Positions 11,239 to 24,000 of a stretch of DNA of 64,000 nt are shown here, in pieces; position 1 is the first letter of the stretch, and the number at the start of each line of letters is the position of its first letter. The DNA comes from Raillietiella orientalis (lineage: Eukaryota), in assembly GCA_036172245.1 (NCBI GenBank), contig JAYWIR010000013.1:1302001-1366000 (forward strand), read 5' to 3'. The notes beneath the pieces are model-generated. The model had not been told where the DNA came from. It made no database searches and worked only from the letters and a program-made list of their open reading frames with translations. Position numbers and translations under genes: made by a program.

Positions 11239-14200
11239 TCACCTTTTCTCTGAAGCATCTCTTGATTTCTTTTCCTCCCTTTTTCTATCTCGTGAATGGG
11301 AATCTCTTTCCTTTCTGTGATCTCGTGATCTTGATCTGTGATGTGAGCTGTGAGAGTGATGCCTACAACCCTTTTAATGAGAACTATTTTACCAAGCATC
11401 TAACCTTGATTTATGAGATTTGCTGGATGACCTACTACGGTCTTTGCTCTCATGGCCAGATGCTGAATGACGATGCCGGCGATCGGGGCTACGGCTACGA
11501 TGGTATAATTTTTCTTTCTCCTTGGCACTTTAAATTACATGCATCATTTGACACATTAATGCTATTCATAAACCTACTGATGTCTATGAGCTCTTTCCAA
11601 TGCCTCCTTCTCTCTCTCTTTTTCTCTTTCTAATCTTCTTTTTTCTCTGCGTTCTTCTACAGTTTTCTGAAAAGAATATAAATTCGGCTGATGCACTTTG
11701 TAAATATTTTCAATACAGACTTCTGGACCCTTAATAACATAAATTAGCAATTTTATAAGCATACTAAACACAACTCAAGTGTGCCATTCCTCCAATACTG
11801 CAACCAAAAATCCTCATTTAGCAGTTTCAACACAGATCATTCATTCTATTTCAAATGGTTCTCGCTCCCCAAAGCTACTAATCTTAGCATTGACATACCC
11901 TCATCATATACTCCATAAAACATCAATAGGTATGTTTTTTTTTTTTAAATATTCACAAAATATACCATCTCTCACCCTTAGATCAGGATTTCGCAAGTGC
12001 TAGCTCCACATAATTAAGGAATGCAATGCAGTCCCCACTCCCTAAATTCCTCATCACTCATGTCACACATGCTTCCACTTGTGCCATACATGGTCCATCA
12101 CATCTTAATCAAAAGAATCCCATTTACCTTTAGATCATCTAGATGCTCTCGTATTTTAATAAATCCCAAATGAAGTTTGCCTCCAAAATGATCTGCTAAT
12201 CGCCGATCGTTGTCATGAATACCTAAATATGCTGAGCAGACTTCACAAACTCGAAGTTTCTGTTGCTGATAGCTGCTGGCTGGCATGGAGTTTCTGTATT
12301 CCTGTTCTGCGTAGGTTTTTTTTTTCCGGATATCCTCAACCTACAATTATGAGTCAAACCACTGTAGCATCAACAGTAGAAAATCCATCTGGCGCCATGC
12401 GACTTGCCGGCAGCCTTACTTACAAACTGCTGCAGGTCCATAGCACCAGACCCCTTGACAGCAACTCGAGATTCACTAGTGAACCAACAGTTCAAAGAGT
12501 TTTGTAGACAAAAGTATTTATGCATGTAAGCTCAAGTTGGGAGACACTATTACTTACAGCAGCAAATGACTTGGGAGACTGATTGGCATGGCCGAAAGTT
12601 AACCTGCATACTCCCATTGTTAAATACGTACCCAGATCACTGACTAACATTACAAGCAACCAAGTCCATTTGCCTCGGGGCATAACACTTTACAACATAC
12701 CTGTTCTGGTTTTTGTTTGTTTACTTTCCTACTCGCCTATTTATACGTACCCGTCAAAGTGGATTGACTCGCGTGCATTGAACAAACATCTGAGATAGTT
12801 TTGTAGCTAAATTATTTTCTTAACTACCATTAATTTATTATTTTTATAAGATAAAATTAACTGTTGACTTAGAGATATATTTTATATATAAAAATTAATT
12901 TAAATTACTGTATTGTTATGCAAACTTTGGACAAAATGCTGATTAAGCTTCCCTAAGCCAGTACTCACGGAATATGCTATACTATGACCCCGCTATTCAA
13001 AATCCCTTCCCCTTCAATAATAACAAAGAGTGAGGTCTCATTACAGAACATCATTTTCTTCATGTGCAGCTGACATCAGGGTGTGCTGTAGAAATTAGCA
13101 AAACATCACATTACATCAGTGTGCAATCAGCTTACGTAGCTAGAACATTGTAATACAAGAAAAGAATGATGAACCTGAAAAGCGGCAATCTTGCTTTTAG
13201 TAGCACAATGTACTGCAGTACAAATCAAACAACTTCAAAAACCAATAACTGGCATAGCTATGTTGTTTGTAAAAGTTTCTGAAGACCAATTTGTTCCTCA
13301 TTATGAACACAGTGAATAAACTGCTAATTATACCAATGACATCATAAACAAGATAAGATCAGGCAGCAAGGCTCAAGTTGAAGGTATAAAAATGGCACTA
13401 GATTAACACATTTAAGCTACAAAAACTGAAATAAAACCAGATGGGTGACCTAACCCGTCAGAAAATCATAAGGAAAAATTTTGAAGGAGTAAATAGCATT
13501 TAGTTGTTTAGAAAGAGAATCTTGAAGAGTATTGCATACAAAACTTCAAAAGCATGCAATACGGGGGTAAAAATTCTCCTACTGCAAAATCACCAACTTT
13601 TCAGGCTTTTTTCAATTGCAAATGCAATTGACTTTACCTCCTCCATCAACTGCATGCTTTCTTCCACATGCCCTTCTGCACCCAATTCTTCAGCTTTTGA
13701 CAGTTTAATACCGATCAGTTCTGCAAGTTCATGGACTTTGTTTGCCTTTGCTGCAACTTCAGCACTTAATTCTTCTTGAGTTTCAGCCAATCTTTTCTTG
13801 GCCAATTCCGTACGCCTGTCACATTCATTAATAAATGACTGCAGATGCTCCATAGCCTAAGAAATACTGTCAAGTTGCTAAACCAAAGCAAATTACTTAC
13901 ATCAATATCATAATAATAATCTTTTTGTTTGCTGGCTTGTTCAAAATCTGCTCTTAGGGCTAGATCATGGATCTTTGGACATTCTCCAATGTCCATACGC
14001 TAAACATTACAATTAAACATTACAGAGGGCCAAATACAAGTACAAATGCTTACTGTTGAGGCCAAAATATCATGAGGGCAGCAGCCCAAGAGGAAACTTT
14101 TACATACTTTCGGATCATAAAATCTGACCCTAGGATTGATGTCACCTGAGGTACGAAAAAATATAAACACTTGCAAAAAGGCAATATCATACCGTTTCTG

Positions 14201-14253
14201 GCTGTTCCCATCAACTGATCCAGCATATTACGAATTTGATCATGAGCAGACAT
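11239..14253 (-). CDS. LUC7L: U1 snRNP-associated splicing factor LUC7 (LUC7L/LUC7L2 subfamily), 8 coding exons, 339 aa
   Basis: Exons (-): 14253-14193, 14145-14054, 13999-13901, 13856-13638, 12340-12128, 11666-11578, 11527-11405, 11362-11239; all GT-AG and in frame. Motifs MSAHDQIRNMLDQLMGT, VCKSFLLGCCPHDIL, MDIGECPKIH, KLRVCEVCSAYLGIHDNDRRLADHFGGKLHLGF and an RE/RS-rich tail. Confidence 0.97.
12751..12789 (-). promoter_or_regulatory. Candidate 39-nt poison cassette exon in LUC7L intron 4
   Basis: Acceptor AACTATCTCAG| and donor CGG|GTACGT. Read in phase 0 like the host intron it gives ATG TTT GTT CAA TGC ACG CGA GTC AAT CCA CTT TGA, an in-frame stop. Confidence 0.5.
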
Positions 14254-14648
14254 TTCACACACTCAATATTTACACAAATATGTGGTTTAAAATTTTTTGA
14301 TCTGAAACAAGACATTAAAATTTTCAACAGCACAAAAATATCATGCAAATTACAAATCCCCATATAACTCTCATTTTTTTCAAAATACTTTTCCTATTCT
14401 TGTTTCCTATACTTTCTTGTTTGTTAACCAATTAGTATTATCTTATATTTCAGTAATATTCCTTCACAAGAACAATCTTCTTTTAAAAAAAAAAAAAAGG
14501 AAAGAAAAGAAAGAAAAAAGCAGCTTCAAGCACTCATGCATGCTTAGGCTGATTTCTGGCAAGGCACGCATTTTGAGCACAGCAGGTCAGCTCAAGAATG
14601 TCTTTCCTTTTTGCTACCAACATTTTGGTTCTTGTTTCAGTAGTGAAT

Positions 14649-17600
14649 TTAAGTGCTACTTCCACTTTTACTTGCATGCAATCCACGAGTGGAAACATTG
14701 CTGACCCAACTATAAAATCCAGGTGGTGGATCTGGAATTTCACTAAAGTTCATATCTGATTTTTTTTTATCTGTTTCTTCAGAGTGTTTTTTATCTTTTA
14801 AAAACCTATTGAGTCTTAGATTTGGTGCTGACAAAAAATCCATTGTCAACTGTTTGCACTGATTATTAACACCACTTTCCTTATTTGGTTTTGATACTGT
14901 CTTTGCATAAGTTTCTGAATCTTGAAAGGCATCTTCTAATGTAAGAAACTGGAGAGTATTTCCTGAAAATGTCTCTTTCTTGTTTCTGTCATCTTTCTGG
15001 ATGGAATGATTTCCGCTGCTTTGCACATTTGTGTTCAAAAACTGTGCTCCTAAACTTGAAAGCTGAAGCTGCTGCTTCATTTTATTATTAACTTCTTGAC
15101 TGATGCTAGGCTTGTCAACAGCTTTAAAAGAATGATTCGATTTTGATGGCACTTTTCTTGTCTTGTGTAATGCTGGGAAGTCATCATCATATCTTGGAAT
15201 AGTGCCCACATTCAACGATACTTGTCTTGAAATCCTTTCAGCCAATGTACTTCCATAGGAACTTGTTGGAATTTCTGATGCGCTACATGCACTAAGGTCT
15301 GGAAATTCTTCTTTCGATGTCACAGCAGGTGCTGTTTTCGCTTCCCCTTGCATGGGATTATTGGATGCCCCTAACATGTTGGATCTATGAAGAAAAAATC
15401 ACTAAAACAAGCACTCCATTTTACTTACAAAGTTTTACCTATCTGAAAAACCATTAGTCTCACTTGGTCTCTTGGTGTGCTGATCTCTATTTCTAGGGAT
15501 TTTTTTTCCACTTGTAAATTCTATATCAACAGTCCGTGCAGTCCGAGCAGCTGTTTTTGATAAATCTTTGGAATGACACTTCAAACAATGCGCTAGAAAA
15601 TAAAAATAATAATGAAATAAAAAAATATTAAGTACCTTGAAAATCTATTGCATTCTGAAATACTGACGAAAACTTTTCCTCTTGACAACCTCCTGTTTCA
15701 CAAAGAAAATGACTTTGACGAAAATGCTCCCTTAAAGACTTATAATTTCTGAAAACAAGCATATGGTCTTTGTGATTTGGTTGATTTACTTACTCATAAA
15801 AGCATTGAATGCCATCATCATCACATAAATGGCAAGAATAATGTGCAATTCTCAAATGCTTAAATAACTCATCATTGTCAAAAAATCGTTCACTACAAAA
15901 TTCACACAATGGATGTCCTTTGTAAGACTTATCATTAGTATCTCCCTTTCTCTTATGATAATGAAGATCTTTCAACGAATACAGTTTTCTTTCAGAAGTA
16001 AAAATCTGCAACAGTTACAACAGGAATTAAATATAATCGATAGCACACTATGAATGAAGCAAAAGAAGTCTCCTAAATGTGTATGCACCTCAATGTGGAC
16101 CAAGCAGAAAGCATTTTATCATCAACTCTACATTGCTATATAAATTTATTCACATGTCTGTCATACAATAACCTCAAGAGAGAATACATATGACCTGTCT
16201 AATTTCGTGAATGATCACAAATTTTTCTAAAAGAATACCTTTACTCAGTACTAATAGTGTAGTTATTGTATCATCTAAACCCCACAGCACCATAACAAAT
16301 CAACATTTTAATATCACATATTACAAATATTCAATACGATCAGCAAATTTGATTTCAGAACAATTTTATTCCTATATTTATTTTTCACTGGCTTTTGCTA
16401 ACTCATAACTCATAATTGTATTTAAGCAAAAAAACGAAAACTGAACAAAAAAGATCGCATTACATTGAGACAGACATTTAGATTCCTTAAAACCTGAAAA
16501 AGAATCCTTGGCTTCACCATTTGTAATGTAGTTGATAATGACTGTATAAATTACTTCATTATACTAATGCAAAACTTTTCATTGCACTTTAAGTAATGAT
16601 GGCATAGTTAATGCATCACAGGATAAACATAATACACTACTTTAATTTCTGAATAAACACAGAACATCGTAGCAAATTTCAAGGTTTGACTAAAATCATT
16701 TCTTTATTTGTAATTAAAGACTCAATTAATATTGATACCAAGGACATATCCATCAATGGGTTGGATGTAAATGGCACATGAACTGATGTAATGCAGAAAC
16801 AATTGAAGAATGTATGTGTGAGGGGGTAAAATAAAAACTAGACAGAATGAAGAAATGGCTTTTTGCATACAAGCTCAAAATTTTGCACTTTATCAGTCAA
16901 CCAGAATTTTTTCAATATATTCTCACTCAGTACCATTAGACATAACAAGCAACAAAGCAATTGTGGCTACCTATATTTAAATGCTCCAATAACAACAGCA
17001 CAATCCAAGTAAATATTGCATACGCAATTTTTTTTGTCTGCAAATCTGTTTCAATTACTCAATGGTGGATAACTAATTTTTTTCATAAGTACATTTCTGA
17101 TGTGAAGGAACATTGCATAGCAACAAACAGGAATACATTTTTTAAAATATATTATTTCAAAAGCACTTTAACTATTATAAAAATACTGCTTCTAGAAGAT
17201 TATCGTGAACAGCACTTTAATCTATAGCATTTACTAATTTCATTCTCAGCATCTGTCATTTAAAACTAACAATGAGTCTAAAACCTCAAAAAAGAGCTTC
17301 CTTGAGCTTTTGCCACATTAGCAGCCTAAGAAGGCAAAAGCAGAATAGTCTCCTTATTTGTGTACCAGATAAATGGCAAGAATCACTACATTCCAACTAG
17401 TAAATGAATAAACTGAAACATGCATCTTTCCAGAATTTCAAATTTCAAATGTTTGCTTGAACCCAATCATTAATCACAAATGGTTTTAATACTTGTACTT
17501 AATTTTAGAAGTATCAAAAACACTTCTTTTTTCTGTTTATATTAAATTTTAAAGGGATAGTTAGTATTTTACAAAATACTTTACTTTCAGATGTTCCAAA

Positions 17601-18064
17601 CATATGTTACAGAAGTACAAATCATGGGCATTCTTGACATGCTTTTTTAATTGCCCAAAATGTTTAAATTTAATTTGATCAGTACATGTAATACAAAAAT
17701 GTTCCAGAAGCTTTTGATGCATTTGTAGTATACCACTACTTGCGAAAAAAATACCATATCTATCATCACGAAGTTCACATGAATCGATTTGGGATCTAAA
17801 ATTTCCAATGGATTTTGAAAATACAACCTAAAAGAATTGAGCATTGAGAAACATTAATTCAAACTTATCAAACTATCTAACCTCTGACAGTAATTTTCTA
17901 CAAATAGGGCACTCCTTATTTTCATAGAGTACTCTGATTCTGGTGGAACATTCATAGCATATACAATGCTCACATTCACCAAATGCAAACACAGTAACTG
18001 GTTTTACACAAATATTACATGTTACTGGATGAAGAATATCGGCATCTTCATTACAAGAACTCAT
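14649..18064 (-). CDS. ZNF598: E3 ubiquitin ligase ZNF598 (ribosome-collision sensor, Hel2 family), 6 coding exons, 546 aa
   Basis: Exons (-): 18064-17882, 17827-17585, 16005-15794, 15748-15636, 15592-15439, 15384-14649. N-terminal RING (CNIC...CEHCICYECSTRIRVL...CPICR), C2H2 fingers, the family signature KGDTNDKSYKGHPLCEFC, EFPDL/DFPAL motifs and PPPGF. Confidence 0.95.
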
Positions 18065-19166
18065 TCTAAAAGACAATTAATCAGTTAAATGCATTATGGT
18101 GCACCAATGTAATAAAGAATGGCATTTGGGGAATCAATGCAAATAGCTTTCACTTGCACTGTGAAAATCAGAGTTTATCACTATACTGAAACAGGCATCC
18201 AAATGGATCAACACACAACTAACACTCCAGAACACAACATTTATTAAGTTGTTCTAATTATTATATAAGCTTACATAAATAAATAGACCAATTGACGCAT
18301 TTTTTTTCTTCTATCACCCAAATATGCATTCTTCCCAATTATCATACCTTAAATGGAAAAAAATTATTATAACGCACAATTGTATTCAGTTATCGAAAAG
18401 CTCATTGCAATTTCGAATGAAAATCAATGTGCTTCAAAAATCAATCATCGTAATCATTCATTTTCAAGCATTTTGCATCGGATTGTAAAATTACTGGAGT
18501 ATTTACGTTGTATCTACCAAGGTTACTTACTGATATGCAAGATTACAAGAAAACAAAATACACAACGTTTAAAATTACAGATACTTAATTTTTCCTTATG
18601 TTTTCCCCCAAATGAACTTACGTTTGCAGCAACACAATATCACAGATCATCAATGCCGCACTAATAACATGCCAGATTTCATTATCATGAATAACCTCAT
18701 TATTCGCAATTACCAAGCAGATAAAATTTCAGAAAGAAAGTTGATCCTCAGGATTAACAAGACATTGCTTTCATTCTGATATTCAAATCATTAATAAATT
18801 ACAATTATAACTACTCCTCTCAATAAATTTCTATTACTTTTTTTCCGTCGAGAAAGGGCTAATATTTAAAGACTACCTTGTAATTGACATAAATTTTAGT
18901 GCATTGAATTTTAAAATTCCATTCATTTTACATCTAAAATTTGTGAGAAAATATGAATAAAAATCAGCTAATTGTGATGCAAGTTATTTTCCTTGGATAC
19001 AAATCATCCATAAATTTTAAGGGGTAAATCCCAAGTTTTTTGTTATTCACAGTATAAGTAGACGAAGTTTTATATATTCAGAGTACGGTCCATGTAAGCA
19101 AATAATAAAACGAAAATCAATTCAATAGTATAGCAGTGTCGTGGTTACATCTGTTTTAGTTCGTAG

Positions 19167-19176
19167 ACATTACCTG
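19167..19176 (-). promoter_or_regulatory. Strong splice donor, candidate end of a non-coding first exon for ZNF598 (possibly also LUC7L)
   Basis: Minus strand CAG|GTAATGT with GT at 19173-19172. The ZNF598 ATG lies 1 nt after an acceptor TTTTAG (18071-18066). Confidence 0.4.
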
Positions 19177-20499
19177 TTGGTTTTAAAATGTTCAACATAT
19201 TACGAATAAGTAAGAAACGTTGCAGAGAAGTAAAACAATTCTTTAATAAGAAACATTTAGAAATCCAAAGATAAATGCATCTCAATCGATAGCAAAACAA
19301 ACCTATCAAACAATTTTGGAAAATTTTAACGCTGTTGACTATAATACGATTTTTGAATGCAAAGAGAAATTTGAAAAGAATAGGTATTCATAAATAGTAA
19401 CCATAGCATCATGTGCATGTTAACTGTTTTGAAATGTGAAAAATAAAATTTCTTTTTAAAAAAGCATCCCGGACAAATTTGTATGTTTCGCTTTCTAATG
19501 TTACTTCACACAGCATTTATAAATATGATATTACTGCTGTTATTTGGCAGTTGCAGAAGACAATAAAAAAAAAAAACATAAACGAAATTAGCAAATTCCT
19601 ATTCATTTCGATAAACAACTGTATTCGATGGAGATGAATTGCCTTTCTGTTGCTACAAGAAAAACTGCCGAGGTACTTTACTTGAAAATTTTTTCGACAT
19701 CTTCAGTGCAGAGGTGGAAAGTATCTTGAAAGACACACAAACACACAATTCGGAATGCCAAGAAAAGAAATAACCAAGAAATTGAATTGGGACATCACTA
19801 GATACTTCATATACTCAGTAATTTTAGTAAGATTAGATCAAACCTAGAAGAATTTATAATTTTGTAACGAAATCACATGACCTTTGATCAGAAACTAAAT
19901 TTTACATCGAAATTACATAATCTGTGATCAGGAACCAGATTAAGTTACATCAAAAGAAAATAAACACTACCAGTAAATCTGTAATTAACTGCAACAAAAA
20001 CAACTAAATCCGTAAAAACAATTGAGCAGCGGTAGCTCAGTGTGTGCACTAAATAATAATAGAGTAGAAATTACTCCCATGCAAGATTCAAACATAAGTG
20101 CTTTGTACAACTGAAATGCTTCTTGCAACAAGCCGATTTTCTTTTTTCTTTAGAAAGATTGAATTCGTATTCCGAATGAAATCAGATATTAGCACCGAAT
20201 GATCTCGAAGAGCTAGAAGTTTCGTAGATGTCGGCCAACTGATTTCAATTACGGGAACACTTCTTTGCTGTGACACAAAGTACTATGAGAAGCAGTTAAA
20301 TAAATAGTATGGGACCGTAAGAAATTCTACGCCTTACCAAACTCTGCAATTCCGAAAGTTTGCAATTAAAAACGAAACAGCAAATTCGAAAATCGCGGTG
20401 TAATTACAAAACGAATCGAACTAATGATCACGGAGCCGTAAACTGCGTTTTACCGCGCAACTTCATGTTCAAGATCTGAACGGATAAACTCCCGAGATT

Positions 20500-21600
20500 A
20501 ATTTGAACTTAAATAAATCCCGGGATTCAACTCTTGCACCAAAAAACACAGTCGGCTTGTGAAGCAACAACCATCAAGAAAGAAGTCAGCACAGTTTCAA
20601 AGTTGAGAAGTTGTTTAAAGGAAGAAAACGTGCTTGGTGATTTCAGTGTTTTCCGAAGTCCAGTTAAAAAAACTGCCATCATGCTCTGAACAAAAATTGG
20701 GAAATGGCTTGCATAGTGCTCACTATCGGATGCACAACCAAAAACCTGGGGGATAATTGGGATCATAACTGGGATTCTATTCTATTCTGAGTATCCTCCG
20801 GATTTCATGGTAAAAGAGGGAAAACACAAGAACGCACGAAATGATGAAGAGCTCATTTTACACCGACTGTAACTCTATCGTAAAAGACAAAGCCATGGGG
20901 AGTTGCACGCATCCTCTTCTCGGAGGGAACCGATACTGCTTATTACAGGTGTCCTCCTGCTCCATATAAAAAATTCAAAGGGGCACATCACAACAGTCCC
21001 AAATCATGGAGGCACACTATGTTGACATTCGGAGATTGAATTTGGTTCCATCATGTAGTTTTTTTTTAAGCCAAATCTACAGCTAAGAAAATTTTCCCAA
21101 CAAATTCACTATTTCTTTTTTGCTGTTGTTGTTGCACTTGCTAAAATGTCAGTTTCCAAAGCAAGACTTCAATCAAAATTCCAACCCCTCAGGGTATTCC
21201 TACCCCTTCCCTCGATACGAATAGTCACGAAGTACTCATCAACTTGAAAGCTCTTCTTTGATAGTGATCCCGGCATTTTTTGTAATAATCAATTTAGCAA
21301 TTGCTTCTGTGATCGCAACGTTTCAGCAAACATAATAAAATATAATTTCTACCTACATTATAGGAATTCTGCTCTCAAGCTTACGTAGATGTAGAACAGT
21401 TCAAAGATAGAGACTATGGTTTTATCTCCTTTACGTTGCCAAACATTCATTGTTCCTGTAGCACTATTTTCTTCGAAAAACAACCTCTTTAGTTCTTCGT
21501 AGAACGATCTTCGTTCTGTAGAACCGCGAAGTCCACTTCCATGCACCCCTAATGCAATCCATTTTTTTACGACCTCCTAACGTAGTAAACCTCTGATGCT
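20500..21600 (-). mobile_element. Possible ancient non-LTR retrotransposon remnant (endonuclease-like)
   Basis: Minus frame GSTERRSFYEELKRLF...GTMN resembles the L1 endonuclease ERxxFF...GDFN region; weak. Confidence 0.3.
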
Positions 21601-22185
21601 CTCTATTATCTCTTGTTAAAAATAAAAGGCTAGAAATAAATCTCTACTGTATATGCATCTTCCGATTGTGAAATGAAAAAAAAATTCCTTTTGCCATGGA
21701 ACTTGTGAATAACCATTTCAGGGACATCTAATTTAAAAGTTAGACTTGGTGATAAATGAAAAAAGGGCACGTTCCCATTCTTCCTTCACATTCTCAACCA
21801 TACAGGCACCACACCTACCTGCTTGAACCAGCAATTCCTGTTTGTGCACACATCTTATCTTACCCTGAAATTGCTCCGTTGAAATTGCATTGAAATTGCA
21901 CTTCCATTCCACCTCCTCTGCCTGTGTCAGTGGAGGAAACGATTCGGTCAGAAAGCCAAAGATTGAAACGAGGAAGAAAAGCCCTGGATGCCTGCACTTG
22001 TCAAAGCTGGGCAGCAGGGCAGTCTTAAGCTATTGCACTCAAACAATGTGAACTGCCAATCAGTGAGCAGAACTACCAATCAGTGATTATGATGATTCAT
22101 TAGTGCTTCCTAACGAATCATCCTCTTCCCCATCGTCAGTTTATTCCTACTTTGTCGGGCCGTGACACTGATTTTTTTTTCTTTT

Positions 22186-22206
22186 GTGTGTGTGTGTGTG
22201 TGTGTG
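22186..22206 (+). repeat. (TG)n microsatellite
   Basis: About 10 TG units. Confidence 0.9.
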
Positions 22207-24000
22207 TTTAAGTAATTTTCCTTCACATATCAACAAAAGCAATCCGAAACGCTCTCCGAAATTCATGATCGTCGATTTCAATTTTCCTTCCTTAAACTGG
22301 CACAGAATGCTGCCGTAGCTAAAAGTCGGTGTGGGATTAAGTCCTGCTGGCAAATTTAGGATTCGTTTCATGTCAGCTATCCTCATACCATTCGTGATGC
22401 TAGAATGGGAGGACTTTTCTTTAAAGCAAGCACTGCAAATGTACCGAAGGTTGGAATCTTAAGGAATTGTTTTCCTTCCCTTGGTTTTAGCATCCTTAAA
22501 AGGCAAGTTTGTGGCAGGATATCTGCAACAGATCGAAGAAGGTTATGTATTCAGCAACTGCCAATTGGGTTTCATAAAATTTCAATCCTAACGTTTTAAC
22601 AAATCTTGTTGTCTCAAGTTAGGGATCAATTAGCAACATTCGTAAATTAAGTAAAAGAATGCACTTGAAGGCAAAGCTTAACCAGTAAGACTAAGGTTTG
22701 CAGCTCAAGGAGAAATGTTCCATAAATGGATCTTTTTTTTCTTTTTTTTTTTTTTGAGCGGGGCACGGGGTCTTGAATTTTCTCAGTTTACAATACTATC
22801 ATTCGGTTCCTCAACCGATCCAGGGCATCCAGCATTAACCTGGTTTGCTCTGCGCCGTTCCACAGCAAAGTCTTCTAGCGGTGCAACACGTACATCAATA
22901 ACCTCGTCCTCGTTTGAATTGAAAGTATGGCATTGATAAATTTCCAAATGTGTAATTCCAATCTGTTATCAGCCTGGAAATTCGATTCGATTTTTTTTTT
23001 TTCTTCTTTCAAAACATTACTATTCATGAAGTCTTTAGGCTGTCTTATGACTACATGTCGAATCTACTTATAGATTCCAAAAGATGTTCCGTTCATTATG
23101 TCTATATTAACACAGTCTTCCAAAGACCAGTCACTAAAATGATAATGCTGTTTCGATTTTAATGACTTTGAGACTGGCTGACGTTTGTGCATTTGATTAT
23201 GGTTTGTACGATTTTCATCCAGGATGCTTCCATTATTTACCTGGCTTAATGCCTCGAGAATACAAAAATCGATTCGATCACAATTTGATTAGGTTCTTTT
23301 TGATTAAAAACTAAAATTCCAAGTTGAAGGTCAATGGAAACGATGAATGTCTTAAAGTACTAACTACCTTAATGAAATCTACCTATTTCAAGATCTGACC
23401 CATGGATTTACAAATAGTGCGTGGAATATATGGCTGTCAGAAAAGAAAATGGACTACTTCTACTTAGAATGAAGGCCTGGATTTTGGGCATAGATAGTTA
23501 TTTTTCTATATGTAAACCATATCACGAAGGATTCGGCGTTTAGCATGTTTGTTTCTGGAGCGGCAATCTTTCGATTAAATAAAATATTTTTTCTGGTTGG
23601 ACCGACAATCTTTGGCTTTTGACAGTTATTGGCATGCTATTGTATAATTCCAGCAATTCTTTTCCTAGGGCTTCTGATTTAAAGTTTGGTGTGGATTATG
23701 TAAATGAGAAATAAAAATTTATTCGATGGATTATAAATTAAGGAGATAGAAACAAGCGTTCCTAACCATATGTGGAATGAAGAGATGGAAGGAAAACTTT
23801 GGATTTTCTCTTTTGTTATCAGTTAGTAAAAATTTTTTCTGGTATCTGCCTTCCATATTGCTGAAATTTGTTCTTGCAGTCATATGCAGCTTGAAACTTA
23901 TTAACATGCAGTCTTTGAAGTTTTCCACTGCAGCTACAGTTGAGTTTGCTTCAATAAACTTTCTTTAAATTGATCCCTCTCTCAAGAGAAAAAAAGAATA

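Noticed and set aside
14254..14704. ZNF598-LUC7L fusion protein
   Set aside because: A TGA in frame with the LUC7L ATG lies between the 14302 acceptor and the ATG.
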